Below are positions 52,214 to 63,988 of a stretch of DNA of 64,000 bases, one piece after another. The position numbers were made by a program, and so were the translations under genes. The notes below the pieces were generated by a model that saw only the letters and a list, made by a program, of their open reading frames with translations, made no database searches and had not been told where the DNA came from. The DNA lies in contig JAYWIR010000005.1 in NCBI GenBank assembly GCA_036172245.1, forward strand, positions 4,712,001 to 4,776,000, read 5' to 3'. Position 1 is the stretch's first letter. Every line of letters starts with the position of its first letter. The stretch comes from Raillietiella orientalis. Taxonomy: Eukaryota.

Positions 52214-55200
52214 GTACATTCTACGTGGCTTAGTGCGTGACTTGAGATGGCGTGCCTTGAAACTTTGGGAAGCTTTCGGGAGCTCATCTTGCAGGTGCAA
52301 CCAGCCTGCCCCATGGCGTGCTTGACCGTCCCTCTAGCAAGGACCCTGCGCCAGCTCAGAGGAGACGTGAGGAACAGCACTGTCAAGTGTCCCTAGGGAA
52401 ATCTGGAAGCCAAGACTCGCATGAAATGAAAGAAAGACACCTCCGTAGCTGTGATCGGCGTGACGCTGCTGCCGCCATTCTTCCGTGCTGTCGGTCACGT
52501 GGCAGCTGAGTTCGCGCAGTGTCCGACGTGGGCGATTTCCGCCCTCCTCTTCGATCTTTCCCTTCGAGCAAGGAGGCCTGAATTGCCATAAAAAGGATCA
52601 TGCCGGAAGAAGGAGGGATGGAATGCAAAGCTGGGCTTCAGGAATTCTGGCTGGCAGGACGTTCGGATGCTGCTCCGAGCTTGATGGCTCTGCGATCGGG
52701 AACCGCGGAACTCGCATGCCCCATTTCGGAGGCGCAGGGATCGCGAATCGTGGAGGCAAAAAAAAAAACCCGCGGGTGAAACTGAGGGACGACTCCCAAG
52801 TTTTGAGCTCTGAGAAGAGGAGGCGGGAACCGGCGAGATGCTGAATTTTCTCCCGGAAGGCGGAAGAGGATCCCCGCGTCCTGCTAGGTGGACTCGGTCG
52901 CATCTCCCGCGGAGGAAGGCCGCACCTGGACGCGCTAGCGAAGCCGACGGAAATGCAGTCAACGAATTCGAGGTTCCGCCGCCCTGGGGTACGCACACCT
53001 CCGCAGAGATGGCGCTGAGTCGCTGTCGAGAGACAATCCAGATCCCGACGAAAAGATGGCACTGGATGTTCGCGGAGGAGCGACCTCGAAGGCGCTCTCA
53101 GGAGGTGTGGGACGAGCAAGAGAAAGTCTTGGCGAAACCGGTCCGACGGCGTGCTGCAAGGATCGTGGCTCATCCGGTTGAGGGTCGAGGAAGCTTCTGA
53201 CACGCGAAACCTCCCCTCCAGATCCCAGACCCGAAATCCCGGAAGAATCTCCCGGCTCGGAAGGAATTTCGCTTTCTCGCGTGGAAAACACTTGTTGGTC
53301 AGCCCCGACGGCTGCACTACGCGGCGAGTCAGGTTTTTTCCCCCAGCCTACGAAAAGGAGACCGACGTGTTTTTGTCCAAGAGCGAAACGAGATTTCGGA
53401 TGGAGCGAGTCGGACTAGCGCGCTTTTCCTATTCCCTGCAGATGTCGCACAACCCGTTGCCTTAGAGACGTTTCCGAACGGAAGTGCTAGAGGAAAAGAT
53501 GGGAGTGCCGGCCAGGTTGCCGGTTGACCCATCCCGGCATCCGGAAACATCCTTGCAGCGAGGGGGAAGCAAATGGTCCCAAGCAACTCATCCTGTGGCA
53601 GTCTTCGTCTGTTTGTTTGTTCCCTTAAAACGGAAGACAAAGGGGAAAGCTGCAGGCTCTGGCACGCCGGTGCCGATTCTCGACCAGAGTTCGTAGCTGG
53701 GAACTCCAGAGCGAGGAGATCTCCGCGAACGCCGCCTCTCAACATCGCCACTGCTCCTCGGACCTTTGGCAACGGGAAGCAGAGGATGAGATCGCCTATG
53801 ACTCTCCAGAGAACGAACACCAGCTGGAGGATCGCGCCGCTGATGTCCTCCTTCAAGCTGCAGTGATAACCACCCAGTTCTAAGGGATTTGAGGTGCAGG
53901 CGTCTGTGGATAAGTGCAAGTGAGCAGTGGTTTTGATGGGTGGTGCAGCATCAAAACCACAGGAGGAGCTCTGGACGCGCGTGCTACCGCTCACCGAGAG
54001 CTTTGTCACGTTGGCAACAGGGGCTTTCCCGGAACCGACAAGGAAACCGTCGGTTCCGAGAAACCTGCAGACTCGGTATCGATTCGAGAGCGCTCAGCTG
54101 GCTGCACAGCATAACGGGCGAGCTAATTGTCCAGTTGCCTCTTCTGTTCACCAGAAATCCTGAAAGAAAGGGTTTTGCAGCTCCCGACCTCCCGGTTGGC
54201 ACGAGAAAGCAAGGAAGAGAAACAAAAAGGCCTCGGCCTGTGAATGGGAAGCAAGCAAGACACCGCCTGACATCTCAGAGAAGTTTCCCACACTATTTTG
54301 TACTTCGTCATTGTGCCCAGCAGCGCCATCCGGCGGCAGCAAAGGAAAACAAAGACGAGTGTGCTGCTCGCATTGGTGGTCGACGCCTTTCCCTCTTTTG
54401 CTACTTCTATAAGGAGACTGTGGAACCGGGCGAGCGCACACTGATGACCGTCCGGGAACGGAATCACAGGTGGCTAAGCACCGCGCTGATTCGATGTCTC
54501 GATGTGGAGATGGAGACTGAAGCTCTATTCCTCCGAACTCCTCATCGGCAGCCGCCCTCGAATCTGTGAGAACCACCACCGGGCGGGATAAGCCCTGAAG
54601 CCGACGCGGGATGAGCGTAACTAAGCAGAGTAAGAGAACCCTGAGCCATGCGTCTTGTATCTGCTACCAATGCTCTCTCTTTCCTGAGACATCCGATGTT
54701 CTTCTAGCCAAGAACAAAAAGAAAAAAAGAAAAGAAAAAAAAGCTGATCTTTATATTCTCTTGAGATCCGGAAGTCTTATCAGCCCCGAGGAAAATCCGC
54801 ACACGATTTTTCCTTTCTTTCTTTCTTCTTCCTTTTTTTCTTCTTCTTGCAGTGCTCATCAGCTGAATGCGAATGAAGGAGGATCACAAATCTTCTGCTC
54901 TAAGACAAGGAACAGCTGCAGTATTTTGGACTTAAATTCGAGCCCATCGGGCTTGACGTGGGCTAGGAGAACGCTGCGCTGCAGGCAGGAGCGCTTGGAT
55001 CCTTCCCCTGCCGAGCGCGAGATGCATTGCCCCGGGTCAGATGGAAGTCCGGCCACCTGAAGAATAGCTGAGTTTGCATCTGATGACCTGATTGCACTTT
55101 TGACTCACAGAAGGCGCAGTCCGCTGCAGGAGGAGGAGGAGGACGGAGGGGGAGTGGGGCGATAGAAGATCTCTGGGATATCGCACACTTCAGATGTTAA

Positions 55201-56078
55201 ATGGAGGAAGATTTCTTTTAGGAGCTTTCACCGAGCGTACCGATCTGGAAGGAGCGACAGCCCCAGTGAGACAAGCCCTATTTATCTGCTCCGGGTGAGC
55301 ACTGTAGTTGCCGTGGCATCCGTCCTCCTCCACGTCGCGCACCTCTGATTTTTCTGCAGGGCTCGCTCGCAGCATCCCATTTTCTGGAAGCTGCCGGAGA
55401 AGATCCATCTTGCAGCCGGGGGGCAAAAGAGTTGCGGAAAATTACCGCGCGCGACCGCTTCGGACGAAGGAAAAGGTCGGTGGCGCCATCTCCCAGGAGA
55501 GCCGTAAAAAATTAGACATGTATATATGACTCCTCGATCCATACGTACGCAAGCGTATACGGCACGAATCCTCCTCAAACAGTTGCCCCTGCTTTTCGTC
55601 CCTTTCTTCTTTTCGACTTCGTGAGTGAGGTAACGAGAGGGCTTCGGTCCAGATTTCAGCCTCCTTCACTGCTGCCTGTCCGCCCCGGACACGGACAGGA
55701 TGGCGGTCGCGTCACAAGACGCGCTTCAGCTGAAGAGCCAAGGGTTCCCTCGCCACGCACGCTGTCTCGATGGTGAGGGATACTTGCAGGTAATTGCAGG
55801 AGACGGCTGCGGACCAGGTGGGTCAGCTGCCTGCTAAGGGGCAGTGCCGGCCGCCCCCTCCTTCGAGGAGCTCGAAAACGCAGGGCTCCAGGTTTATCGT
55901 GTTCCATCTCCCGAAAGGGAGTCAGCTGATTGCACCCGAGTAACAGCGGCATCCTCCGCCCTCCCCCTGTCACGTGATTCCAGCAGCAGTCATGCGGGTT
56001 TGGCATCCCTGCAGGCTAGCATCCCAGATCGCCTGGAAAGGGGGATCCATTGCGGCTCCCTTTTGGGCTTCGCCTTGA

Positions 56079-56729
56079 AAAAATCTCCAATCATCGAAGT
56101 CCCGAAAGATCATTAAAAATAAATATACGTACTTTATTATGCATATTAATGTATAGAGTGATATGCAAATTTATTTTAACATACACATTAATTATCATGA
56201 GCATTATGAATATGTTTCATACGTATTAATGTATTATTAATGTGTATATTGAGGATTATATATATATATATATACACAATACGTATTGTATGTGTTTTTT
56301 TTTTCCTGCTATTTTTGTCACCATTATTTTGTATTTTTAATTATCCGATATTTACATATCCATTTAATATATATTTATTGTATATGTGAATGTATACTAA
56401 TATATTTAATAAAGCATATGTCTACTTTCAAGTCGTTAATATATGTATTACTATTAATTCATATTGTTTATCGTATTAATAACGTGCACGTGCATATCCA
56501 TAAGTATATGTTAGAAATAATGTTAATATTAATAAATGTGTATGTGGAAACAAATTTTCATATTAATCTGCTTTTAAAATTGAAATTCTATTCTATTCTA
56601 TTCATATTTATATGCATAATAAGAATTTTAAGATTTTCAAAATATACATAATATATATATCAGTATGTATACTGAAGGTGTATATGTATTTTTTATGATG
56701 GTTTGGGACTTCGCCGTTTGGAGTTTTGG
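56079..56729. mobile_element. Putative non-autonomous DNA element (MITE/foldback-like): AT-rich core bounded by imperfect inverted repeats
   Basis: 56079-56128 vs reverse complement of 56680-56729 match 39/50 without gaps (shared ctccaa..cgaagtccc..atcat..aaaaat..atatac). Interior is very AT-rich while both flanks are GC-rich. No TSD identified. Confidence 0.5.
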
Positions 56730-57376
56730 CAATCGGCGCCGCCGCCTGCGGTGCCAAAGAGCATCTGACCCGAGTGCGTGGGAGCATCGCGGGAGGCCGT
56801 CCGCTTGTGCCGCCGTTCGCGGGGCTCCCTGCGGCTGCGCGCCTTCTCCAAGAGGGGAGGAAGGAAGTCTCCCCGCCTCGCTCCTCAGCTTCCGGGTGGT
56901 GCGTGGGGAGTTCCGGGCCCCACGAGCCTGTTCCGGCCGGCCGGATCTGCGGGGCGTCCCGTCTGGAAGCTTTCCACGCCGCCCCCCGATCCGCGCCAGC
57001 GGCAGCGGCGGGGGGCCGCCGCGGGCGCAGACCGGGGAGTGGGTGGGTTGATCGATGGGGGGTTCCGGTTCTGTCGCGACAGCCGTGAGGGCCGCGCCAA
57101 CGGGGGAGGGTATCGGAGGGAAGAAGACGGCGGCGGGATGCGGCGCTCCCCGTTAGGACTCGGGCACGAGGGGCTGTGCCCGGGGAGCTCCGGGCGGTCG
57201 GCGCGGCTCCCCGAATCTCCCGAACTTGCTCGGAGCGCGTGCGCATCTCCGCAGCTCACGGAAACCTCGGAATGCAAACCACAAGCAAGAGTTTTTTCCT
57301 TTTATATTTTCCTGGCAAGATTCATCTACAAGAACTCTTCCACGTTGCTTCCAACGACTAGAGTTTGGATTTCCGT

Positions 57377-57382
57377 TTTATT
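57377..57382 (-). terminator. Candidate polyadenylation signal (AATAAA) of the chitinase
   Basis: First AATAAA I find on the - strand, ~210 nt after the stop codon. Confidence 0.5.
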
Positions 57383-57421
57383 TTACAGTGCAGAGACGTC
57401 TTTTCCTTTTTTTTCTCTTGG

Positions 57422-57445
57422 AGAGAGAGAGAGAGAGAGAGAGAG
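57422..57445. repeat. (GA)12 microsatellite in the presumed chitinase 3' UTR
   Basis: Read directly from sequence. Confidence 0.9.
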
Positions 57446-57592
57446 GGAAATGTAAAAGAACAAATGAAAATCTTCCACCAGGTCCTACGATCGGTTTGCA
57501 GTTATCTTGAGATTCAGCTGGTTGCCCTGGACGAGCGCCTCCCAGCTCGAAACTTCACGGGGACCACTCGCCTGCACAGGACCGCACACGCA

Positions 57593-57822
57593 TCACGCGA
57601 AGACCGGCTTGACCGGGGACTCGGCCAGCTCCGTGTAATGGGAGCAGCTCTCCACCCTTTGGGGCCAGTCGCACACGTTCTCTTTGGGGTTGAACACGAG
57701 TTCCAGAGGACAAGGCATGTGGTGCTTCCTCTCGCCTTCGCACATGTAGTACTTGGTGCAGTCCTCCAGGTCCTGGTGGTAGCTGATATGGTCGGCCTGG
57801 TCCTCGCAGGAAAGTTCTTTGT
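57593..57822 (-). CDS. Cht7: chitinase last exon, CBM14 chitin-binding domain, stop TGA
   Basis: ccttccag| acceptor; six-Cys peritrophin-A pattern; stop at 57595-57593. Confidence 0.94.
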
Positions 57823-60800
57823 CTGGAAGGGAGGAAAAAGGGAGGGAAGGAGGGCACCGAATTTCGGGATGGAGACCCGGTGGAACTCACTGGCGCTCCT
57901 GCTTGACAGAATCGCTTCGCTGGAAGAGTTGACGGTGTACCCTTGGAGGTATTTGTTGACAGCTCGTGTCAAGGGGAACTTGCCGGCTCCGCAGACACCC
58001 AGGAAATCATCCATGTTCAAAGACCACAGCATCACTCCGGCTAGCCCTTGCTTACGCAGCCACTTGACCTAGCGCCTGGCGTTAGTAGGAGGACCGTCGC
58101 TTCGACAAAGCACCTTTGTTTCTATGCTGCGTTCGTCGTCAAATCCTACCCACTGAACCCCGCCGTAAGCGAACGGCACTTCCTGCTCGTTGTCCCAAAC
58201 AAGGGTCACGTTCTCCTTGTTGAGGAAGTCACAAATCTGGAATGCAACATCGATTACCAGTGGAGTCCGGACCCACGCTTCGTGTTCTCCGGCGCGCAAA
58301 ACCGGCAACCCGAAGAACCGACTGAAGGACTGCTGACGTCAGAAGAAGGCTGTGGCACCGAAAGACTTGGTACGCAGCGCAAGAAGATTTGCGACGCATT
58401 GTTCGAGATGCTGGAGCTCGCGGAATGCCGGAATTTCCGATTTCCTCCTCGAAATTTGACTCGAAGACGGACGGCAAGCGCGCGTTTTGATAATTCATTT
58501 GGAAGGATTTATTGGACCCACCGCTTGTTGTTCAACAAGGAACTGAAGACAACTGCTCGCAAGAGCTCCTCGTTCCACTTTCCCCCCCTAGCTGGAGATA
58601 CGGACGAATACGCGACGAACGCCAAGATGCCATCGCAAGGTTGACGCATTGGGATGAGGGGAAAAGAATCCAGAGATTCATAATTTAGAATCCACGCGCT
58701 ATGGATCAGTGGGGTTCTTTCCCCACTCCAACGTGCCTTGTCCCGAGGGGCTAACCTTTTCTTGCGCTCTCTGTGATCAACCTTTCTGTATTGTGTCGCT
58801 CCGGATCATTTCTTCGTGTCACCTGAGAGCATCTGAGCGTAAAGCAAACTCGAGCCCTTCGAGGGTGGGCTTTCTTGAAGTTACAATATCATTTCTTAAA
58901 TTACTTGCAACTTGCCGTGATAGAAGGGGGGGGGGACACATCTTCATTAGGAAAGCATAGCAAGACCTGAGACAAAAGGGCCAATGTGGTCTCTTAAGGA
59001 AAGAGCAAGAGGGGGCAACAGAGAAGAACAGGGCGTTCCAGGGTCCAATCATGCTAATCTATCGGTACCATTCAAAGGCCAAAATGGGTAGACATGGCCG
59101 AACTGAGCTGCCAGAAATTTCTGCCAACTGTCGGCGGCTCCGTCGGTAGTCTTTCGAGCACTCCGTGGTTAACCAGAAAAATAAATAAGTAAACGGAGGC
59201 CATGACGAGATGACCTGATTCCGGAACTCGCCTCCCACCCCGCGTTGACGGAAATTCCTCAGAGGAGCGAACCCTTCCTCGTCCGCGACGTCTGGCAATG
59301 CGATTTCGAAAGATCATGCTCAAGAACGGTCAAGATGCGCCTGCTGTTGACCGGTCGGAAATTCCGTGTTGTCACATCGGATCCATGGAATACGCTCGAT
59401 CCCTCTCGGGCGGCTGAAGAAAAGCGCGGAGGGGACCGGCGATCCACACGATGCTTCAGAACATGTCGAAGCTATTCTGCCCGACGTCCACTGCTCTCTT
59501 GAGAGTGCTGTGCCAGAGCCGGGGGGCTGGAGAAAGTTCAGAAACTGTCGAGAATCGAACATCCACTTCTCCAAAGGAGTATTTCGGCGAGAGTGCGCGT
59601 CGCATGACGCCCGGAAGAGTGGGTTCCTGGGAAAGATCGAGGAGGCTGCCTCAAGGGAAATGGCGCGTTCGGACGTTCGTCATTCAGGAGAGATACACAA
59701 TAGGTGCTTCGGTTCGTAACAAGCAGCCCCAAAAGTCCCGTCTAGAGGACTGGGTGGAGGGTACAAAGGTGCTGATGGTCAACCGCTCGTCTTCAATCCA
59801 ACACCCAATTCTGCACAAATAAAACGTGAACAAAAATCTAAAAGAATCTGAAAACTACGATGCGAGGACGGAGACCTGAGCAGGGGGATCGCGTTTTCGC
59901 GACAACACGGTAGATGGCACTCCCTGCCATAGTGCATGCATGCGAGGAAAGAATCAACCACTTTCTTAGATTCGCCGACGTTTCTCACCATCTTCAGCGA
60001 AGAAAGGAACTGTCGATTAAAAAAGAAAAAGGAAAAAGTATCATCGTGGCTCACTGCTCACTCAATCTGGACCAATCCGGTGTTTGTCGAGCTGATGCTT
60101 TGTTTCTGACACTTGCGTTTCCGACAAAAAAAAAAAAAAAACGCTTTGTCAGAAACGACGCAGCAGTGGCGGTGAAAGCGGTCACGGTAAAAGTCATCGT
60201 ATGGTACTCAAGGCTTGCCTCTTTATGCGTGAGTTTCCTTTTTGATTCTCAATACCCCTTTGGAAAAAGTGCTCCATTTCTAAGGAGCTGAAAATGCTGA
60301 GCAGCACTTTCGCAACGATGGCAATTCGTGTGATGGGAACATCGGAATGAAGACCTCCGACCGAAAACCCTTTGGACATGCCAAGTTCCCGACCAGCTCG
60401 AAGCCGTGCTGCGGTATTCTAAACACAACCAGCAAACCAACGAAAAGGAGGAAAATCCCCAAACGCTGGGGGAAGACCAGTTTCTCAGGACATTCATCTG
60501 TAATGCTGCTAATGACGCGCGAGCAGCCGAGGCACCATCGAGCACGCGGCGCCTGTTCGATTTACACAAGCAGCAGCAGCAGCAGCAGCAGCAAATCTCT
60601 TTTGATGCACAGAGGCATCGTTTCCAGAACGGAGACGTGAACAAACAGGCAGCAAAAACAGGGAGGGAAAGGGGGGGGGCATCTTTCAGAAATCTTGTCT
60701 GCATCTGCATGTTTATCAGGAAGATACGCACGTACCTGTGGAACACTGAGAAGATTTACCAACCAGTTTGCACAAACCGAATCGAGATTCGATGATAACA

Positions 60801-63800
60801 GAGATTTGTGCGAAAACGAACGGAGCAAGGCTGGGACAGAGAAGAAAAAAAAAAAAGAGTTTGCCGACGAGTGATGTGTGATGGACGGAATTCCAGATGC
60901 TGAAGGCAGAGTTCGCTGCTGTTGTTCCAGGATGGAAAGCAAGCACGAACGGGGGTTCCGGAAACAACAGACACACTCCAAACCGGAGTAACACAGAATG
61001 AATGCATGAGGGAGTCATCTCGCACGGCTGCATCTCGTGTTAAACCGGACAGATGAGAACAAACATCTGCTACCACCGTCGCAAGCAGGCAGAATGAAGG
61101 GATGCTTTCATGAAGGGTCTCCGAAGACAGCTCGAATGTGGGGGCGTCTTCGAAATTCCCGTGTGAATCCGCAAAAGGGATGCTGTGGTTCGGCTGCGGT
61201 CAGCAGATCCATTAGCCACTGGGCGACTGAGACTGGGGGAACCGACCAACTCCATTAGCAACAGAGGTCCGGATTCCGTGTTCCGACCCCACTGAACTTC
61301 GACACGGATAAGGGCCATCAGTCTGTTTCCGAAGCTTCGGAAGACGAAAGAAGCAGACGGACGAAGCTACTCGATGATGGGAATGAGGGCTTTTCAAAAG
61401 ATCTGGGCAAGCAGCCACGAGGAAAGCAGATCCTGCCGCTTGGAAACGCGTTGGCAACAAGAAACCTGCTCAGTCACATCCTGCACGAACGAATTTTTTT
61501 CATACTGTGGGACCAAACTTTGAGTGGAGACCCACATTATCGAAAATTTGCGCAGCCATCTCACAAGTTTACAGAGAGCATCGTATGATCAGTGACCTAT
61601 TATTTTCGCTTTCAGGAAAGGATGAAGTCTCACCGATTTGCAGTGCCTGGGAATTCCGGCTTGTCGAGCTAAAAAAAATGGCAGACGGAAGGAAGGAAAA
61701 ACGAAGTGAAATAAAATAAAAACACGCGGAATCACTGCTTCCGCCAACCACTTAAAGGGGAGATCACTATGCCTAAGCATTCTTCAGTCTTATGATCTTT
61801 AGATTGCTCGCAATCTAGAGGTTCGGATGTATAGATCACAGTTGCATGACACACATGGTGGAAGGCCGGTCGAGTGCGTTCGAAGTGAAGGACTTCAGCT
61901 AATAAAGTCCAAACGAAGAAAGAAAAAAGAACTGGATGCGGAGTTCAGATGAACCTGAAGGAAGCGCGTATAAAGCAGGAGATTCGATTTCCATAGCAAG
62001 GTTTTGACGAAAAGGACGGTTACGGAGATTCACCGAACAAACCGTTTCAACATGATAGAGTCATTAATGATGACTTCAAGGAAGTGGTTTGAGCTGGAAG
62101 CGTCGCTACTGAAGAACAGGGAGGAAGCGAGTTTGAAGGCTCGGGCAGCACGCTAGAAGGACGCGACGAACCCGCGTGTTACTTTGAGAAAAATCACCAC
62201 GATATTAAAGGTTTCAAGAAAGGGGAACCCTTTCATGACCTGGCTGTCAGCCTCAGACGCGAGTTCCATGGCGACGGAAGTGTCTCATGGAATTCGTCGC
62301 TGCTGTGCGAAAAATTCTCCGTGCTGATCCACCTTTTCCTTTCCTTCTGACGAGTGGACGAAATCCACGAAGTGGATTCGAACGATTCGTGCTCATTTCT
62401 TTACAAGCAACCACTGATGGAACAAGGCATTGCACTGACCAGTGATCGCCTCGAGAACGACGGGCATAAAAATATGCTTGAAAAGACTGAAGACACGGAT
62501 GAACAAAAGGCTTCATCAGAGCATGGAAACCAACCGAAGGATAACTCAGGAAGAGCGCGAGATAAGATGTGATTTGAATCATGAAGAACAAAGCTCGAAG
62601 AATGGAGAGATGCGGGAAAAGAAAGGCATGGGAGTCAGAGTATCTGTAACATTTTGTGCACCTTTCATGTGCGTCGCTTCAGTACAGCTGGAATCAGTAA
62701 ACAGCAACCAACAAGTAGAGTAATCGGTTAAGTGAGGAGGATGTTGGTGCACTCTTTTCTTATGGGAACATAGTCTCAGCACGATGCTGGCGATGGAACG
62801 GTACCCAGACTGCTTTATAGAATGCCAAAAAGTGGGAACAGTCATCCCAGAGGGCATCTGAAAGTTCGCGTCCTCGAGAAAATGGAGACGTCCCCGTTTG
62901 AGGAGGATTGTGGAAATCCACTGTAATGCATCGTCAAATGGATGATGATGCTCTTGTGCATCAGATACCTATACCATTCATCTACAGGGGGACAGCATAG
63001 GATCGTGAAAGGTCGACTGTGCAAACATGGGAGAAGAGGAATTTGGACAGAGGAGGAACTGACTTGCAGTGAGCGTCGCCACAGTTACGTAGCATCGTCA
63101 CGGGAAGGATTTCCCTTTAAAATAATGCTGCTCGACGGAAATCGAAAGATCCGCTGTGCTGCTGTTGGATTGCATTCGCGTGCAGACTTGAACTAAAGGC
63201 CGCAGCTATCCAGATTGAGAGGCAAACGGGAATTAGCCAATCTGAAGATCAGTGGCAGCTTCCCGCCAGGACCTTTCGAGTGCAACTTGCGTGTCCTGCC
63301 GCGATTCGAGCTTCGTGCGCGCGAGCGAAACTCCCGCTTGCTCGTCTGGCACGCGGGAGGAACAAGAGAGCGCAACAGGTTGCCCGGAGACCGCCCTCAG
63401 GGTTGCTCACCTCATAGTAAGACAGGGTTCCTTCATGGTTCGTGTACTTTCCCGGGCTGCCGGCCCGAAGAACCGGGGATCCGATGTCAAACTTGGCGGG
63501 GTCCTCCAGCGTAAAGGTTCGAGCATACAGGGGAATGCCAACGACCAGCTTCTCCTTGGGCGCCCCTAGCTGCAGCCACCGCCTGATGCTGAAATCCTTC
63601 ACATTCCATCGCTCTGAGGTTCCGGAATTTCTCGTGGATTCTCACCACGGTCAGCATCTGCTGATCCTCGGAGCTGCCTTCCAGCGGGAAAAGAGGAGAG
63701 CTGTGCCCGACTTGCTTTTCCCAGTCCCCGTGGAAATCGTAAGTCACGACGTTCACGAAATCCAGCAGGCGGCACATTTCTTCCACGTCATACCTGCTTC

Positions 63801-63988
63801 CGTACATGTTGAGAAAAGGAGAGCACAAGTGAATCACATACGATTACCCTAATTCGATTAGTTTGGGATCACCTGGAACCATTGCCGACAGAATCAACCT
63901 CGGCTCTTTCGACTGCTTCTTGTCTTCTTCGAACGCTTCCCTGAGGTCTTGCAGCAGTTTGAGCAGACTGGCCCTGTCTCGCTCGTTC
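57593..63988 (-). CDS. Cht7: Group III (Cht7-like) GH18 chitinase, partial: C-terminal part of the catalytic domain plus CBM14/ChtBD2; 5' end lies beyond the window
   Basis: Join (-) 63988-63848, 63793-63646, 63596-63411, 58236-58114, 58068-57891, 57822-57593 gives 334 aa + stop. Motifs: DFVNVVTYDFHGDW, GAPKEKLVVGIPLY, LSYYEICDFL, WDNEQEVPFAY..QWVGFDDERS, GVMLWSLNMDDF, and the six-Cys CBM14 C...HISYHQDLEDCTKYYMCEGERKHHMPCPLELVFNPKENVCDWP....C, which I recognise as Cht7-type. Confidence 0.93.
57891..58068 (-). CDS. Cht7: chitinase exon (VKWLRKQGLAGVMLWSLNMDDF...SSRSA)
   Basis: ctag| acceptor; A|gtgagt donor; GH18 motif IV. Confidence 0.93.
58114..58236 (-). CDS. Cht7: chitinase exon (ICDFLNKE...WVGFDDERSIETK)
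   Basis: ttccag| acceptor; AAG|gtgctt donor; 41 codons. Confidence 0.94.
60571..60594. repeat. (CAG)7CAA trinucleotide repeat in the large chitinase intron
   Basis: Read directly from sequence. Confidence 0.9.
63411..63596 (-). CDS. Cht7: chitinase exon (DFSIRRWLQLGAPKEKL...LSYYE)
   Basis: gaag| acceptor; GAG|gtgagc donor; 62 codons. Confidence 0.93.
63646..63793 (-). CDS. Cht7: chitinase exon (YDVEEMCRLLDFVNVVTYDFHG...MLTV)
   Basis: gcag| acceptor; GTG|gtgaga donor; GH18 motif III. Confidence 0.93.
63848..63988 (-). CDS. Cht7: chitinase exon (NERDRASLLKLLQDLREAFEE...KLIELG)
   Basis: Typical GH18 helix following the catalytic motif; GG|gtaatc donor. 5' boundary uncertain (A-run + AG at window edge). 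Confidence 0.85.

Noticed and set aside
56286..56651. 121 aa hydrophobic ORF
   Set aside because: Translation of AT-rich low-complexity DNA (I/Y/L/F bias)
57365..58644. 235 aa and 198 aa + strand ORFs
   Set aside because: Largely antisense shadows of the chitinase exons
62942..63196. Faint resemblance to gypsy integrase (H..GGQH ... GFPFKIMLLD)
   Set aside because: Spacing wrong, CxxC absent, no RT/RNase H or LTRs seen
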